A stretch of 63,262 nt of DNA, the filler included, from Chiloscyllium plagiosum (taxonomy: Eukaryota), in assembly GCF_004010195.1 (NCBI RefSeq). It is 4 parts of one record of this genome, joined end to end, with 100 filler letters (N's around TTAATTAATTAA, not from the genome) between each part and the next. Parts side by side here need not be neighbours in the genome. Positions count along the whole stretch, not along the records: positions 59,367 to 63,262 come from NC_057712.1; 3 more parts are not named here. One strand, given 5' to 3'. A model generated the notes under the pieces. It searched no databases, was not told the origin of the DNA, and worked only from the letters and a program-made list of their open reading frames with translations. Shown here one piece after another: positions 63,171 to 63,262 of this stretch; position 1 is the first letter of the stretch; every line of letters starts with the position of its first letter. The position numbers were made by a program, and so were the translations under genes.

Positions 63171-63262
63171 GTAGGACGGGTTGCACCTGAACCAGAAGGG
63201 CACCAATATCCTGGGGGGTAGGTTTGCTAGCACTCTTCGGGGGGGTTTAAACTAATTTGGCA
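63171..63262 (+). mobile_element. CR1 ORF1 C-terminal fragment interrupting the ERV 5'LTR
   Basis: DGLHLNQKGTNILGGRFASTLRGGLN*, same motif as 16838-16916. Confidence 0.8.

Overview
Repeat-dominated eukaryotic genomic DNA, most likely from an elasmobranch (shark), inferred from HE1-type V-SINEs, Deu-domain SINEs and dense CR1 LINEs. It is a draft assembly with four sized N-gaps and three artificial 100-bp joins (44N-TTAATTAATTAA-44N). Only two host coding exons are recognisable: the first coding exon of a GPR137B-like gene (+, 10826-11170) and the PDZ exon of SIPA1L2 (-, 23855-24129), facing each other. The rest is largely nested, decayed retroelements: many CR1 copies, an L1 with an intact 5' end, Rex1, RTE- and L2-like fragments and several SINE families. 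Three things stand out. (1) A pol-deleted endogenous retrovirus remnant (-, 60288-63168) with LTRs, tRNA-Gln PBS, matrix-like Gag and gamma-type Env. (2) About ten Penelope-like pseudo-LTR insertions from at least three families carrying minimal hammerhead-ribozyme cores, several as fold-back dimers with TSDs. (3) An internally deleted SCAN-type (Gmr1-like) Gypsy element with a 4-bp TSD and a long tRNA-Pro PBS. All calls are by eye, no database search was run, and boundaries of old repeats are approximate.
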